The notes below the pieces were generated by a model. That model saw nothing but the letters and a program-made list of their open reading frames with translations. It was not told the DNA's origin and made no database searches. The translations under genes and the position numbers were made by a program. A stretch of DNA of 49,247 bases. Source: Candidatus Pacearchaeota archaeon. GTDB taxonomy: Archaea; Nanobdellota; Nanobdellia; Pacearchaeales; GW2011-AR1. Within the stretch, counting starts at the first letter, position 1. Each line of letters starts with the position of its first letter. Location: positions 1 through 49,247 of the forward strand of contig JACQLK010000022.1 in the NCBI GenBank assembly GCA_016204145.1, read 5' to 3'. This document shows positions 47,540 to 49,247 of this stretch, in pieces.

Positions 47540-48067
47540 CTAAATCCTCATCAATCTTATCGCTTCTTCGCAGGTTTCTTTGAGATTGTCATAAATTTTC
47601 ACATCAGGGCAATCGTCGGAGAATATTTTTCTTATGTATCTCTCGCCGCTGAATCCGCTTTCAATTCCCATGACTAATTTTGACCAGTTTATTTCATGCC
47701 TCAATTTTGATTCCGCCAATTCAACTCTTGACGTCTGTGCGTAAGACCTATCGCAACGATGCTCGTATTCTTTCGCAAGCCAAAACATAACCACGCCGTT
47801 TTTCCATGTTTTTTTCAAATGCGCCCTTTCCCAATCAATTTGCTCAAAATATTTCTCCCGAGAATAATCCCCGACGTTTTTTTCATTTCTTCTCGGAGAG
47901 AATATTATTATTTTGCTTTCCAACGAGCGCAGATGTTTTATTGCGTCGCTTTGCCAGTCGGCAGCGCCCTGAATCGGTCCGCCGATGAAAACAAAATTTC
48001 GCCCAATTTTTTCCCATTCCTCAACGCTTAAATATGTTGGCGGAGTAATAATCCTGTTTTCGTCCAT
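47540..48067 (-). CDS. Nucleoside 2-deoxyribosyltransferase-like protein
   Basis: VFIGGPIQGAADWQ, SPRR, QIDWE..HL, VMFWL, SRVEL. Confidence 0.75.
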   Translation of the reverse strand: MDENRIITPPTYLSVEEWEKIGRNFVFIGGPIQGAADWQSDAIKHLRSLESKIIIFSPRRNEKNVGDYSREKYFEQIDWERAHLKKTWKNGVVMFWLAKEYEHRCDRSYAQTSRVELAESKLRHEINWSKLVMGIESGFSGERYIRKIFSDDCPDVKIYDNLKETCEEAIRLMRI

Positions 48068-48155
48068 TAGAATAATTAGAAAAAGAGAATAAAAACTTTT
48101 ATGTGATTTGTCACATGAATCTGAAAGTTGCAGGAAAAGATGTTATCCGTCAAAA

Positions 48156-48198
48156 CCCCGTTAATATTACAATTCGGTTTGGACATTAACATTTCCCA
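48156..48198 (+). repeat. Short intergenic repeat remnant (CCCCGTTAAT...ACATTAACATTT)
   Basis: Shares the GTTAA...ACATTAACATTT frame of the family. Confidence 0.5.
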
Positions 48199-48295
48199 AA
48201 AACAGGGCGGCGTTTATCGGACTTCAAAACTTGATTTGCACGTTAATCCCCTTTCAAAACATTTTTGCGAATAGTTTTCCCGAATAATAGGGTTT

Positions 48296-49189
48296 TCAAA
48301 CGCCAACAACATCCAAATCGTTTACAAGAACCGTGTTTTTGAAGACCTTTTTAGCTTCGGCAAGAATTTTATCCGTCTCTCTTTCATGCCTCTGGCTTAT
48401 ATGGGTTATTATCAATTTTTTTGAGTTTGATTTTTTTGCTATTTCTCCCGCTTGTTTTGACGTGAGATGATGAAACTCTTTTGCTTTGTCTTCCCATTCT
48501 GAAGAATAACTCGCTTCGCAGACGAGCAAGTCGGAATTTTTCACGAGTTTTATTGCTTGATTGTTTATTGAAGTATCGAGGACAAAAGAGATTTTCAAAT
48601 CGTCTTCCTTGTAAGTAAGATTTTTCGCAAGATATTTTTTTCCGCCATAAACAATGTCTTTTCCCTCTTTCAATTTTCCGAGAATCGGCGAGTTCGGGAT
48701 TTTTGTTTTTTTCAGTTTTTCCCGGTCTATTCTTATTTGTCCTTTTTTCACAAAGGAATACGCGTTGCACGGAACGCCGTGAGTCATTTTTTCGGCTTCA
48801 AGATAAAAATCATCCGTCTCAAAGAATTTCCCCCCGACTTCTTCAACGGAGATTTTATATTCGTCGATTCTTCCAAATGCTCTGAAAATATTTTCCATAA
48901 ATTCCCTTGTTCCTTTCGGACCGCAGATGAAAAGCTCTTTGTTATATCCCGAAAGGGCAATTGTCTTTAACAATCCTATAAGCCCGAGAGAATGGTCCGC
49001 GTGCTTGTGCGTCAGCAAGATTCTTGTTATTTTGCAAGGATTCAATCCAATTTTTCTGAACTGCCTTTGGGTTCCCTCGCCGCAATCAATCAGAATATTT
49101 TCTCCGCCGTAAGTCAGCAATATCGCGGTGTGATTTCTTTTTGCGCTCGGAATGGAATCCGAGGTTCCGAGAAATGCGAGTTTTATCAT
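48296..49189 (-). CDS. rnz: Ribonuclease Z
   Basis: FLGT, IDCGEGTQRQ, THKHADH, exosite arm, DT, CEASY, HLT, THISQR. Confidence 0.95.
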   Translation of the reverse strand: MIKLAFLGTSDSIPSAKRNHTAILLTYGGENILIDCGEGTQRQFRKIGLNPCKITRILLTHKHADHSLGLIGLLKTIALSGYNKELFICGPKGTREFMENIFRAFGRIDEYKISVEEVGGKFFETDDFYLEAEKMTHGVPCNAYSFVKKGQIRIDREKLKKTKIPNSPILGKLKEGKDIVYGGKKYLAKNLTYKEDDLKISFVLDTSINNQAIKLVKNSDLLVCEASYSSEWEDKAKEFHHLTSKQAGEIAKKSNSKKLIITHISQRHERETDKILAEAKKVFKNTVLVNDLDVVGV

Positions 49190-49247
49190 TTACGGAAAAG
49201 GAAAAAATTGTTTATATAATTATTGAATTCGCAGATTTGTTCCCCGC

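Noticed and set aside
8-48198. Intergenic repeats as a CRISPR array or integron attC sites
   Set aside because: Copies are dispersed and degenerate with no regular repeat-spacer period, flank core genes in both orientations, and no cas or intI gene is present.

Overview
AT-rich archaeal chromosomal segment, most consistent with a DPANN genome of the Pacearchaeota/Woesearchaeota type (inferred from RadA, TFB, aIF2-alpha, Nop10, BHB-intron tRNAs without encoded CCA, class III signal peptides and giant secreted proteins). It carries housekeeping genes (RPA, radA, ndk, EndoQ, aIF2-alpha, nop10, uS15, MinD-like, tfb, glyS, rnz), six tRNA genes (three with introns), a vapBC pair and three surface-protein loci. 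Most notable: (1) a modular intergenic repeat family (C-rich tract plus TTAA-punctuated segments) in most large intergenic gaps, always in the same orientation, three copies forming canonical G-quadruplex motifs on the minus strand; (2) two loci where a pilin-like gene precedes a large secreted protein ending in a hydrolase domain, one a 2461-aa protein with a lytic transglycosylase motif set; (3) a 2666-aa Ig-repeat surface protein fused to tandem HTH domains bracketed by 801-bp direct repeats; (4) a tRNA-Leu with an AAG anticodon, unusual in archaea. No CRISPR array, rRNA, transposase, integrase or reverse transcriptase was seen. All calls are by-eye motif recognition; no searches were run and repeat boundaries are approximate.
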